Assembly (NCBI GenBank): GCA_012271165.1
Contig: JAAXGX010000001.1
Coordinates: forward strand, 1 to 58,396
Direction: 5' to 3'
DNA length: 58,396 bases
Source of the DNA: Vicinamibacteraceae bacterium
Lineage (GTDB): Bacteria; Acidobacteriota; Vicinamibacteria; Vicinamibacterales; UBA8438
A program made the translations under genes and the position numbers. Positions 47,455 through 56,825 of the stretch are shown here, piece by piece (the first letter of the stretch is position 1; each line of letters begins with the position of its first letter). Below the pieces are notes generated by a model that worked only from the letters and a program-made list of their open reading frames with translations, ran no database searches and was not told where the DNA came from.

Positions 47455-48480
47455 GTGAACGACAACTTCCTGCGGGCCTGCCGCCGGGAGCCGGTCGATG
47501 TCACGCCGGTCTGGTTCATGCGGCAGGCCGGCCGCTACATGGCGGAGTACCGGGCCATCAGGGCCCGCCACACCCTGCTGGACATCTGCCGGCGCCCGGA
47601 TCTGGCCGCCGAGGTGACGCTGCAGCCGGTCGAGCGGCTCGAGGTCGACGCGGCCATCCTCTTCTCGGACCTGCTGCTGCCGCTCGAGCCGATGGGCATC
47701 CCGTTCGATTTCGTCAAGAACGAGGGCCCGGTCATCGAGCGCCCCGTTCGTGCGGCCGAAGACGTGAGCCGGCTCCGCCGCTGCGACCCGCGGGAGGCGC
47801 TGCCGCACGTGCTGGCCACGATCCGCCTCGTGCGGCACGAGCTGGACGGACGCGTGCCGCTCATCGGCTTTGCCGGGGCGCCCTTCACCCTGGCCTCCTA
47901 CGCGGTGGAAGGCGGCGCGTCGCGCAGCTACGCCCGCACGAAGGCGCTGATGTACGGCGAGCCGGCCGTCTGGCACGACTTGTGCGACACCCTGGCCGCG
48001 GTCGTCAGCGAGTACCTGCTGGCCCAGGTCGAAGCCGGAGTGCAGGCCGTCCAGTTGTTCGACTCGTGGGTGGGCGCCCTGTGCGTGCGCGACTACCACG
48101 AGTTCGCTCTGCCCCACACCACGCGCATCCTGCGCGCGGTGCAGGCAAGCGGCGTGCCGGTCATCCACTTCGGGACCGGCACCGCCACCCTGCTCGAAGC
48201 GATGGCCGCGGCCGGCGGCGACGTGGTGGGCGTGGACTGGCGCATTCCGCTCGACGAGGCGTGGGAACGGATCGGGGCGGACAAGGCGGTGCAGGGCAAC
48301 CTCGACCCGACGCTGCTGCTGGGGCCGATCGACCGCCTGCTGGCGGGCGCCGACCGGGTCCTCCGGCAGGCGGCGGGCCGTCCGGGGCACATCTTCAACC
48401 TCGGGCACGGCATCCTGCCGGAGACACCGGTCGAGCACGTCCAGGCGCTGGCGCAGTTCGTCCACGCCCGCAGTGCCTAG
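47455..48480 (+). CDS. hemE: Uroporphyrinogen decarboxylase
   Basis: WFMRQAGRY, AAILFSD, IFNLGHG. Confidence 0.97.
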   Translation: MNDNFLRACRREPVDVTPVWFMRQAGRYMAEYRAIRARHTLLDICRRPDLAAEVTLQPVERLEVDAAILFSDLLLPLEPMGIPFDFVKNEGPVIERPVRAAEDVSRLRRCDPREALPHVLATIRLVRHELDGRVPLIGFAGAPFTLASYAVEGGASRSYARTKALMYGEPAVWHDLCDTLAAVVSEYLLAQVEAGVQAVQLFDSWVGALCVRDYHEFALPHTTRILRAVQASGVPVIHFGTGTATLLEAMAAAGGDVVGVDWRIPLDEAWERIGADKAVQGNLDPTLLLGPIDRLLAGADRVLRQAAGRPGHIFNLGHGILPETPVEHVQALAQFVHARSA

Positions 48481-48640
48481 GAGCCCGTGGTGAAACCCCG
48501 CGTCGCACCGAGAGCGGCCAGGCGCCCGGACGGCAAGGCGCGACGAGGGAGCATATTGGGCATATTTGACCGAGGAGCAACGCAGCCAGCCGGGATGCAT
48601 GGCCGCTCGAATGCAGCGGGGCCTTTTGCCACGGGCTCCT
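48479..48640. mobile_element. 162-bp MITE-like element
   Basis: Terminal inverted repeat AGGAGCCCGTGG / CCACGGGCTCCT extending imperfectly for about 55 bp; no transposase. Confidence 0.8.
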
Positions 48641-50014
48641 GACACCGACGTCGACGTAGCGGTCGTGGGAGGCGGCATCAGCGGCCTGGCCGCGGCCTAC
48701 GAGCTGCAGGCGCGCCGCGTGCCGCACGTGCTGATCGAGCGATCTTCCCGGCTCGGCGGCGTCATCCGCACGGAGCAGGTCGACGGCTTCACGATCGACG
48801 GAGGCCCGGATGCGCTCCTGGTGCAGAAGCCCGCCGCGATCGGGCTGTGCGGCGAGCTGGGGCTGGCCGGGCGTCTCGTCCCGACCCGGGAGCCCCGCAC
48901 CGCCTTCGTGCTGCGCGCCGGCCGGCTCCACGCGTTGCCGGACTACTCGGTGCTGGGCATCCCCACCCGGCTGCTGCCCCTGGTGACGAGCGGGCTGCTC
49001 TCGGCGCGCGGCCGGCTGCGCATGGCCCTGGAGCGCGTGGTTCCCGGCCGGCCGGCGGGCGACGGGGACGACGAGTCGATCGCGTCGTTCTTCGGCCGCC
49101 GCTTCGGCCGCGAGGTGGTCGACTACATCGCCGAGCCCCTGCTGGCAGGCATCCACGCCGGCGACGTGGAGCGCCTGTCCGTGCGCGCGCTGTTCCCGCG
49201 GCTGCTCGAGGCGGAAGCGCGGCACGGCAGCATCATCCGGGGCCTCGGCTCGCTGCGGGCCGGGCGGTCGGCGCACGGCCTGTTCCGGTCGCTGCCGGGC
49301 GGCATCGGCGAGCTGGTGGCAGCCCTGGCCCGCACGCTGGACCCCGCCGCGGTCCGGACCGGCGTCGGCGTGACGCGGCTCGCCGGCCGGGGCCCGTACC
49401 GGCTCGAGCTGACCGGCGGCGGGCCGGTCTGCGCGCGCCAGGTCGTCCTGGCCGTGCCGGCGCACGCGGCGGCCCGGCTCGTGCGCCCCCTCGACGCCGA
49501 CCTGGCGGCGCTCTGCGGCGGCATTCCCTACACGTCGACCGCCACCGTGGCGCTGGGCTACGCCCGCCCCGACGTCGGCCACGCGCTCCGCGGCACGGGG
49601 TTCGTCGTGCCGCGCGTCGAGCGCCGGGTGTCGCTGATGGCGGCCACGTGGGTTTCCTCGAAGTGGCCGCACCGCGCGCCGCCCGGCCACGTGCTGCTGC
49701 GGGGCTTCCTGGGCGGCGCCCGCGACGGCGCCGTGCTGGCGCGCGCGGATGCCGACCTGATCGACTGCGTCCATCGCGACTTCGGCAAGCTGCTGGGCGT
49801 GCGGGGGGCGCCCGTCGTCGCGCGCGTCTACCGCTGGCCGCGGCTCAACCCGCAGCACGAGGTAGGTCATCTGGCGCGCCTGACCGCCATCGAGGCCCGG
49901 CTCGACCGCCTGCCGGGGCTGCGGCTGATCGGGGCCGCGTTCGGCGGCGTGGGCCTGCCGGACTGCATCGCGCAGGGCCGTGCCGCGGCCGCGGGCGCCG
50001 CGCGGACACGGTAG
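48599..50014 (+). CDS. hemG: Protoporphyrinogen oxidase (HemY/HemG type); start codon uncertain, inside the MITE
   Basis: VVGGGISGLAAA, GGVIRT, GPDALL, EPLLAGIHAGD, GVGLPDCI. Confidence 0.92.
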   Translation: MAARMQRGLLPRAPDTDVDVAVVGGGISGLAAAYELQARRVPHVLIERSSRLGGVIRTEQVDGFTIDGGPDALLVQKPAAIGLCGELGLAGRLVPTREPRTAFVLRAGRLHALPDYSVLGIPTRLLPLVTSGLLSARGRLRMALERVVPGRPAGDGDDESIASFFGRRFGREVVDYIAEPLLAGIHAGDVERLSVRALFPRLLEAEARHGSIIRGLGSLRAGRSAHGLFRSLPGGIGELVAALARTLDPAAVRTGVGVTRLAGRGPYRLELTGGGPVCARQVVLAVPAHAAARLVRPLDADLAALCGGIPYTSTATVALGYARPDVGHALRGTGFVVPRVERRVSLMAATWVSSKWPHRAPPGHVLLRGFLGGARDGAVLARADADLIDCVHRDFGKLLGVRGAPVVARVYRWPRLNPQHEVGHLARLTAIEARLDRLPGLRLIGAAFGGVGLPDCIAQGRAAAAGAARTR

Positions 50015-50091
50015 CTTGTGCCGCGCCGCGTGCTATATTCATCTGGATAGTGCAGGACACGACGCGGTCCTTACAAGCCAGGAGTCTCCCA

Positions 50092-50724
50092 ATGACCCGC
50101 AAGTTTCTCTTCTTCGTGACGCTCGCAGTGTGCGCGTTCGCCGCAGCGTGCGCCGCCGACATGGCCGAGGAACCCGCCCCCGAGCCGATGCCCGAGCAGG
50201 AGGCCGAAGCGGCCGCCGAGCCGGCGACCTCAACGCCCGAGATGCTGGGCGGCGGCAAGGCGATGGAGGTCCACCCCGGCCAGGCCGGCAGCCCGCACGT
50301 CCAGGTCGACTGGATGATCGACGACGCCAACATCTCCATCAGCTACGGCCGGCCGTACCTGAGGGAGCGGGTGGTCGGCGAGAGCGTGGAGCCGATGGCC
50401 AGCATGGTGTGGCGGCTGGGCGCAGACGAGGCGACCACGCTCGTCACCGACAAGGACCTGATGATTCGCGACGCCCACGTTCCGGCCGGCGAGTACACGC
50501 TCTGGGCCGCGCACATGAACGACGAGTTCCATCTCATCGTCAACAGCCAGACCGGCCAGTGGGGCACGCAGTACGACGCGAGCCACGACGTGGCGCACAT
50601 CGCGATGGACGTGGAGGACCTCGACCCGCCCGCCGACCAGCTGACGCTGTCGGTGACGAGCGACATGTTCGGGTTCGAGTGGGGCCAGATGGCCGCGTCG
50701 GTCCCGATCACCATCCACGACTGA
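50092..50724 (+). CDS. DUF2911 domain lipoprotein
   Basis: Lipobox AAAC, ISYGRP, WRLGADEAT, PAGEYTL, GQWG. Confidence 0.85.
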   Translation: MTRKFLFFVTLAVCAFAAACAADMAEEPAPEPMPEQEAEAAAEPATSTPEMLGGGKAMEVHPGQAGSPHVQVDWMIDDANISISYGRPYLRERVVGESVEPMASMVWRLGADEATTLVTDKDLMIRDAHVPAGEYTLWAAHMNDEFHLIVNSQTGQWGTQYDASHDVAHIAMDVEDLDPPADQLTLSVTSDMFGFEWGQMAASVPITIHD

Positions 50725-50823
50725 CGCGCAATCGTTGCCCGCGGCGCCGCTTGCCGCTCGACCAACGGGGTCGGGGTCCGCACCCGTTCCGGGTGCCGGC
50801 CCGACCCGGTCCGGAGGTGAGGC

Positions 50824-52923
50824 ATGGTAGCCACGCGACGCACGGCCGGCTTCGGCGCCGGGCTGGCCCTGGCGGCGCTCGCGTCGGTCCCGTCCGCCCA
50901 GCAGGCTGCTCCGCCCGTGGTGGACGACGCCGCGCTCGCGGCCGAGACCCCAGGCAACGACTGGCTCGCGTTCGGCCGCACCTACAGCGAGCAGCGCTTC
51001 AGCCCGCTCACGCAGATTGACACTGGCACGGTCGGCCGCCTCGGGGTGGACTGGTACGTCGACCTGGCTGGCGACCGCGGCCTCGTGTCGACCCCGCTGG
51101 TCGTGGACGGCGTCATGTACTTCGTCCGCAGCATGAACGTCGTGCGCGCCGTGGACGCGGCGACCGGCGCCCTGCGCTGGGAGTACGACCCCGACGTCGC
51201 CGGGCACGCCGACCGCCGCCTGCGGGTGGGCTGGGACCACAGCCGGGGCATCGCGTTCTGGAAGGGCAAGGTGTACGTCGCCACGTGGGACGGGCGGCTG
51301 AACGCGATCGACGCCGGGACGGGACGCGAGCTGTGGAGCACCCGGACCATCGATCCGGGCGCCCCGTTCTACATCACCGGCGCCCCAAAGGTGTTCAGGG
51401 GCAAGGTGCTCATCGGCAACGGCGGCACCGAGAACGGCGCAGCGCGCGGCTACGTCACGGCGTACGACGCCGAGACCGGCGAGCAGGCGTGGCGCTTCCA
51501 CATCGTGCCGGGCAATCCCGCGGACGGGTTCGAGAACGAGGCGATGGCCATGGCGGCCGACACCTGGACGGGCGAGTGGTGGGAGTTCGGCGGCGGCGGG
51601 AACGCCTGGCACGGCTTCACCTACGATTCCGAGTTCGACGCCGTCTACATCGGCACCGGCAACGGGTCGCCGTGGAACCGGAAGATCCGCAGCCCGGGCG
51701 GCGGCGACAACCTGTTCCTGTGCTCCGTCGTGGCGCTCGACGCGGACACCGGCGAGTACCGCTGGCACTACCAGACGACGCCGGGCGAGACCTGGGACTA
51801 CAACTCGAACATGGACATCGTGCTGGCCGATCTCACGATCGACGAGCGGCCGGTGAAGGCGCTGATGCATGCGCCCAAGAACGGCTTCTTCTACGTGATC
51901 GACCGCTCCGACGGGCGCCTGATCTCGGCCGAGCCGTTCACCGAGGTCACCTGGGCGAGCGCCGTCGACACGGCCACCGGCCGGCCCGTCGAGGTGCCCG
52001 GCGCGCGCTACGAGACCGGCGCCGCCCTGATCTCGCCGGGACCGATCGGCGGCCACAGCTGGCACGCGATGTCGTACAACCCGGAGACCGGCCTCGCATA
52101 CATCCCGACCATCCATCTCTCGTACCAGTTCACGGACGAGGGCGTCGACATCGACGGCTGGCGCTCGCCGGTCGGCAGGTCGGACACGGGGGTCTCCACG
52201 CGCCGCCTCGGCTCCTCGCGCCAGGACGACGTGATCGGGTCGCTGCAGGCCTGGGACCCCGTGCGCCAGGAGCAGGTGTGGGAGGTCCCGCTGGAGGGCA
52301 TGTGGAACGCCGGGACTCTCACGACGGCGGGCAACCTGGTGTTCCAGGGCCGGGCCGACGGCAACCTCGTCGCCTACGACGCGGCGAGCGGCGCCGAGCT
52401 GTGGCGCTTCCACGTCGGCTCGGGCATCTCCGCGCCGCCGATCACCTACGCGGTCGACGGCCGGCAGTACGTGGCCCTGCTGGTCGGCTGGGGCGGCGCC
52501 ATGGCCGGCGTCGGCGGTCCGAGCGAAGCCGCGCACGGCTGGTCGTACGGCGTGCACCCGCGGCGCCTGATCGCCTTCGCGCTGGACGGCGGCACCGAGC
52601 TGCCCGCGTCTCCCCCGCCCCGCGTCCCGGCGCCGGTCGAGGCCCCCTTCTTCGAGGTGGATGCCGGCCTGGCCCAGCAGGGCGCCCGCGAGTACGGCGG
52701 CGTCTGCAGCTCGTGCCACGGTCGCGACGCCATGTCGTCCGGCATGGCGCCCGACCTGCGCGCATCGGGCGCCGTGCTGTCGGCGGCGGCGTTCGCCCGC
52801 GTCCTCCGCGACGGCCGCAACGCGCAAGGCATGCCCGCCTACCCCGAGCTGAGCGACCAGCAGCTCACCGCGCTGCGCCACTACATCCGCGAGCAGGCCG
52901 AGCGCGACCTGGCCGGCCGCTAG
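50824..52923 (+). CDS. PQQ-dependent quinohemoprotein dehydrogenase with C-terminal cytochrome c
   Basis: PQQ propeller W-motifs, GTGNGSPWN, WHYQTTP.ETWDY, KNGFFY, CSSCH. Confidence 0.92.
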   Translation: MVATRRTAGFGAGLALAALASVPSAQQAAPPVVDDAALAAETPGNDWLAFGRTYSEQRFSPLTQIDTGTVGRLGVDWYVDLAGDRGLVSTPLVVDGVMYFVRSMNVVRAVDAATGALRWEYDPDVAGHADRRLRVGWDHSRGIAFWKGKVYVATWDGRLNAIDAGTGRELWSTRTIDPGAPFYITGAPKVFRGKVLIGNGGTENGAARGYVTAYDAETGEQAWRFHIVPGNPADGFENEAMAMAADTWTGEWWEFGGGGNAWHGFTYDSEFDAVYIGTGNGSPWNRKIRSPGGGDNLFLCSVVALDADTGEYRWHYQTTPGETWDYNSNMDIVLADLTIDERPVKALMHAPKNGFFYVIDRSDGRLISAEPFTEVTWASAVDTATGRPVEVPGARYETGAALISPGPIGGHSWHAMSYNPETGLAYIPTIHLSYQFTDEGVDIDGWRSPVGRSDTGVSTRRLGSSRQDDVIGSLQAWDPVRQEQVWEVPLEGMWNAGTLTTAGNLVFQGRADGNLVAYDAASGAELWRFHVGSGISAPPITYAVDGRQYVALLVGWGGAMAGVGGPSEAAHGWSYGVHPRRLIAFALDGGTELPASPPPRVPAPVEAPFFEVDAGLAQQGAREYGGVCSSCHGRDAMSSGMAPDLRASGAVLSAAAFARVLRDGRNAQGMPAYPELSDQQLTALRHYIREQAERDLAGR

Positions 52924-52936
52924 CCGGCGTCAATCG

Positions 52937-53003
52937 GACGGGGCTGCACCCCGAACCCCCGGCGCCCGCTTGCGGGAACCCCCTGCGCCCCGCGCCGCGG
53001 GCG
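52937..53003 (+). repeat. Structured intergenic repeat, copy 3 (divergent 3' part)
   Basis: GACGGGGCTGCACCCCGAACCCCCGGCG..GCTTGCGGG. Confidence 0.8.
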
Positions 53004-53049
53004 AAACCGGCCGCCTGCGGGCCGCCGATCCCGCCCACCCGATTCGCTC

Positions 53050-53982
53050 TCAGTCGACCGTCGTCTTCATCATCGACTTGCCGGCGACGTGCTGCGCGAG
53101 AAACGCGCGGATGGCCTCGTGGCTGCGCCGCATCTCGTCCGGCGGGAAACCGCCATGCCCGCCGCCCGGGATGGTCACCAGCTGGTTCGGTACGCCGACC
53201 TGGTCCAGGCCCTCGTGCAGGCGCACCGCCTGGGTGTGCGGAATGCGGGGATCCTGGTCACCATGGATGGTGATGATAGGCGGCAGCCCCTCGCGCACGT
53301 AGCGAATGGGCGAGAGGAACTGCGCCAGCTCCTGCCGGTTCGGGTTGCTCCCGAACCAGCGGACCGTCCCCGGCCTCGAGTGCGGTCCCTCGAGCCGCTC
53401 GAGCACGTCGGTGATGCCGTACCAGTTCACCACCGCGGCGACCTCGATGGGTGCGCCCGGACACTGCCGGTCGAGGCCGGTGGACGCGGGCAGCATGCCG
53501 GACGTCAGCGCCAGATGGCTCCCCGCCGAGGCGCCCGTCAGCACCAGCCGGCTCGCGTCCAGATTGTGGTCGTCCGCGTGCTCGATGACCCAGCGCACCG
53601 CGCACAGGCAGTCCTCCACCGCAGCCGGCGCGTGGGCCGCCCCCGCCAGGCGGTACTCGACGTTCACCACCGCCCAGCCCATCTCCAGGTAGGGCAACAG
53701 CGTGAGGAAGCTCGCCTCCTTGCTGCCGAACACGTGCGCCCCGCCGTGGAAGTAGATGAACGTCGGATGCGGCCCCGCCGAGCCGTCGCGAGGCACGTAG
53801 ATGTCCAGCTTCCCCTCCCACTGGTTGGCGGTCAGGTAGGTCACGTCGGGAATCGACCGGAACTTCTGACCCACGTCGATGGCCCACCCGGCGGTTTCCG
53901 ACAACTGCCCGTAGGCGATTCCGGGCGCGAGCACCAGAACGGCGAACGCCGTGACGAGACGACGGACGTGCTTCGAAGCCAT
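53050..53982 (-). CDS. Secreted alpha/beta hydrolase (esterase)
   Basis: HGGA, GASAG, HGDQD, GGH; signal peptide. Confidence 0.9.
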   Translation of the reverse strand: MASKHVRRLVTAFAVLVLAPGIAYGQLSETAGWAIDVGQKFRSIPDVTYLTANQWEGKLDIYVPRDGSAGPHPTFIYFHGGAHVFGSKEASFLTLLPYLEMGWAVVNVEYRLAGAAHAPAAVEDCLCAVRWVIEHADDHNLDASRLVLTGASAGSHLALTSGMLPASTGLDRQCPGAPIEVAAVVNWYGITDVLERLEGPHSRPGTVRWFGSNPNRQELAQFLSPIRYVREGLPPIITIHGDQDPRIPHTQAVRLHEGLDQVGVPNQLVTIPGGGHGGFPPDEMRRSHEAIRAFLAQHVAGKSMMKTTVD

Positions 53983-54118
53983 GGGGTGTCCTCTCCTTCC
54001 CTCCACCGCGGCACCGCCCGAGGCGGCGCACGGGATTCGGCCGATTGTACTCCCGGCCGGGAGCCCCGGCGCAAGCCGGATGCACGACCAGGCGTGCGGT
54101 AGAATCGAAAGCCGGTCC

Positions 54119-54190
54119 GGGCCGCTAGCTCAGTGGTAGAGCACCTGACTTTTAATCAGGGTGTCGCTGGTTCGATCCCAGCGCGGCCCA
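54119..54190 (+). tRNA. tRNA-Lys(UUU), CCA not encoded
   Basis: GGGCCGC/GCGGCCC acceptor stem, CCTGA-CTTTTAA-TCAGG anticodon arm, GGTTCGATCCC; TAGAAT -10 box at 54100. Confidence 0.96.
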
Positions 54191-54398
54191 CCTTTGGACC
54201 GGCCCGAGGGAACGGTTGCCGTGATGCGCCTCTGACGACCACGGCGTGGGACGACTCGCGCCGGCCGGCGGGTCTGGCGTCTTCCTCCCGGGTCTCGTAG
54301 ACTGGTTGGACTTGCAGCGCCAGTGGAGCGTGGGGCTTCGCGGCCGAGGGCCGGCACCTGGAGAAGCCGCAACGCCTGCAGCGACCGCACTACATCAG

Positions 54399-56807
54399 AT
54401 GAGCATGCGCCGCGTCCGCGGCTTGAGGCGCCTGACCTGCGGTCTCGTCCTCGCGGTGCTCGCGACGATCCCGGTCGCGCCGGCCGCGGGCCAGTCCTCC
54501 CGGGGGTCTTCCGCTGCGTCGGAGGACGAGCAGGCGTCGTTCGGGCCGCCGGCCGCCGAGCCGACAGACGACGGCCAATCGTCGACCCCGCCGCGCGCGG
54601 CCGGTCTAGGCCTCGGCGCTGCGCTCGCGATCAAGCAAGTCACCGCCAGCGCCGTCGAGGACGCCCCCGCCCTCGACGGCGACGTGCTGGGCGACGCCGC
54701 GTGGCGCGCAGCGACTCCGGCAACCGGCTTTCGCCAGACCGCGCCCGACGAGGGCGAGCCGGCGTCCGAGCAGACCGAGGTCCGCATCGTCTACACCCGC
54801 GACGCCATCTATATCGGTGTCGTCTGCTACGACAGCGACCCGTCGTCGATCATCGTCAACGACAGCCGGCGCGACTCGGCGCTCACCGACAGCGACAGCT
54901 TCATGGTGATCCTCGATACGTTCAGCGACCGGCAGAACGGATTCGTCTTCGGAACCAGTCCGGCAGGTCAGGAGTACGACGGGCAGGTGATCAACGAGGG
55001 CGGCCGCCGGGGCGGGTTCGGAATGAGCGGCAGGGGCGAATTCTCGCGCGGCGACGCGGGCGGGTTCAATCTCAACTGGGACGGGGCGTGGCAGGTCCGG
55101 ACCCGGGTCTCCCGTGTCGGATGGAGCGCCGAGTTCGCCATTCCGCTGCGGACCATCCGCTACCCGGCGCGGGAGCGCCAGTCGTGGGGGGTGAACTTCC
55201 AGCGCAACATCCGGCGGCGGAACGAAACAGCCTACTGGTCGCCGTTGCCGCGCCAGTACAACCTCTACCGCGTCTCGCTGGCCGGGCAGCTCGGCGGTCT
55301 GCGGGTGCCGGCCAACCGCCCCAGCAACCTGCAGCTCACGCCCTACCTGGTCGGCGAAATGGTCACGCGCGACGCCGCCCCCGGCCGGGCGCCGCTGGCG
55401 CTCGGCGACGCGGGGGGGGATCTCAAGTACAGCGTCACGTCGGGCCTCACGCTCGACGCCACCTACAACACCGACTTCGCGCAGGTCGAGGTGGACGACC
55501 AGCAGATCAACCTGGACCGCTTCAACCTGTTCTTTCCCGAGAAACGGCCGTTCTTCCTGGAGAACGCCGGGGCGTTCACCGTGAACGCGGCTTCGGCCAG
55601 CGGACGCGGCCTGGGGCAGACGGAGCTCTTCTTCAGTCGCCGGATCGGGATCAGCGAGGCCGGCGCCCCGATCCCCATCCGCGCCGGCGCCCGCCTCTCC
55701 GGGAAGGTCTCCGACACCCTCACGGTCGGCTTTCTCAACATGCAGACCGAGGCAACGAACGCGGGCGGGGCGGCCAACAACTTCACGGTCAGCCGCCTGC
55801 GCCGGGACCTCCCGAACCGATCGAGCATCGGCGGGCTCTTCATCAACCGGCAGGCCACCGGTCCGCAAGCCCTGGCGAACGACTACAACCGCACCTACGC
55901 CCTCGACGGCCGGTGGGGCATCGGCCAGGCGGGTCTCGTGCAGGGGTTCGTCGGCCGCACCGAGACACCGGGCCGCGACGGTCACGATCACGCCGTGAGC
56001 CTCTCGGGAACCTACGAATCCGAGATGTGGCGCATCAGCTCCGGCTATCAGGACAACGGCGAGGACTTCAATCCCGAGGTCGGCTACCTGCACCGGCCCG
56101 GCGGGTTCCGGAAGTACGACCTCGCCATCAACAACAGGTCACGGCCGGAAGGCTTTCTCAAGTTTCAGGAGCTGCGGCCGCACGTGACCTTCACCCGGTT
56201 CTGGAACCGCAACGGGGTCATGGAGACGACCCTCGTCCACAACCACTTCATGGGGGAATTCGAGGACAGCTCGTCGATCGGCCTCGCCTACGACATGCGC
56301 AGCGAGACGGTCTTCGACGCGTTCTCGGTGTCCGGCCTGGCAATTCCTCCCGGACGCTACGACTGGAGCGAGATCATCCCCTCCTTCTTCTACAACCGCT
56401 CGGCACCGGTCAGCGCCGGCGTGCGGGCGACGTTCGGCGGGTTCTTCGGCGGCCGGATCGTGACCCTCCGCCCGACGATTCGCGCCCGCCACGGCGACGC
56501 GCTCAACCTGGAGCTGAGCTACAGCCGGAACGACATCGACCTGCCGTCGGGCAAGACGACCACCAACCTGACCGGCGTGCGCGCCGGCTACAACTTCTCG
56601 CCGCGGCTGTTCATCCAGACGCTGCTGCAGCACAACGACAGCGCCGAGCTCTGGTCCGTGAACTTCCGGTTCGGCTGGCTCCAGGACGCCAACACCGGGC
56701 TGTTTCTCGTCTACAACGAGACGGAGGGCATCCTCGACTACGTGCCGGTCGGCGCCGGGCGCAGCCTGATCCTGAAGTACAGCTACCTCTTCGATGTCCT
56801 CGACTAG
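54399..56807 (+). CDS. CBM9-like / DUF5916 outer-membrane-type protein
   Basis: F.Q..PDEGEPASEQTEVR, LDTF.DRQNG, NTDFAQVE.D, FFPEKRPFFLE, LFFSRRIG, terminal LKYSYLF. Confidence 0.85.
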   Translation: MSMRRVRGLRRLTCGLVLAVLATIPVAPAAGQSSRGSSAASEDEQASFGPPAAEPTDDGQSSTPPRAAGLGLGAALAIKQVTASAVEDAPALDGDVLGDAAWRAATPATGFRQTAPDEGEPASEQTEVRIVYTRDAIYIGVVCYDSDPSSIIVNDSRRDSALTDSDSFMVILDTFSDRQNGFVFGTSPAGQEYDGQVINEGGRRGGFGMSGRGEFSRGDAGGFNLNWDGAWQVRTRVSRVGWSAEFAIPLRTIRYPARERQSWGVNFQRNIRRRNETAYWSPLPRQYNLYRVSLAGQLGGLRVPANRPSNLQLTPYLVGEMVTRDAAPGRAPLALGDAGGDLKYSVTSGLTLDATYNTDFAQVEVDDQQINLDRFNLFFPEKRPFFLENAGAFTVNAASASGRGLGQTELFFSRRIGISEAGAPIPIRAGARLSGKVSDTLTVGFLNMQTEATNAGGAANNFTVSRLRRDLPNRSSIGGLFINRQATGPQALANDYNRTYALDGRWGIGQAGLVQGFVGRTETPGRDGHDHAVSLSGTYESEMWRISSGYQDNGEDFNPEVGYLHRPGGFRKYDLAINNRSRPEGFLKFQELRPHVTFTRFWNRNGVMETTLVHNHFMGEFEDSSSIGLAYDMRSETVFDAFSVSGLAIPPGRYDWSEIIPSFFYNRSAPVSAGVRATFGGFFGGRIVTLRPTIRARHGDALNLELSYSRNDIDLPSGKTTTNLTGVRAGYNFSPRLFIQTLLQHNDSAELWSVNFRFGWLQDANTGLFLVYNETEGILDYVPVGAGRSLILKYSYLFDVLD

Positions 56808-56825
56808 CGTGCCGAGACCGAATCC

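Noticed and set aside
48491-48493. Selenocysteine or readthrough at the in-frame TGA, giving full-length HemG from GTG 48473
   Set aside because: No supporting SECIS-type evidence; internal start codons are a simpler explanation
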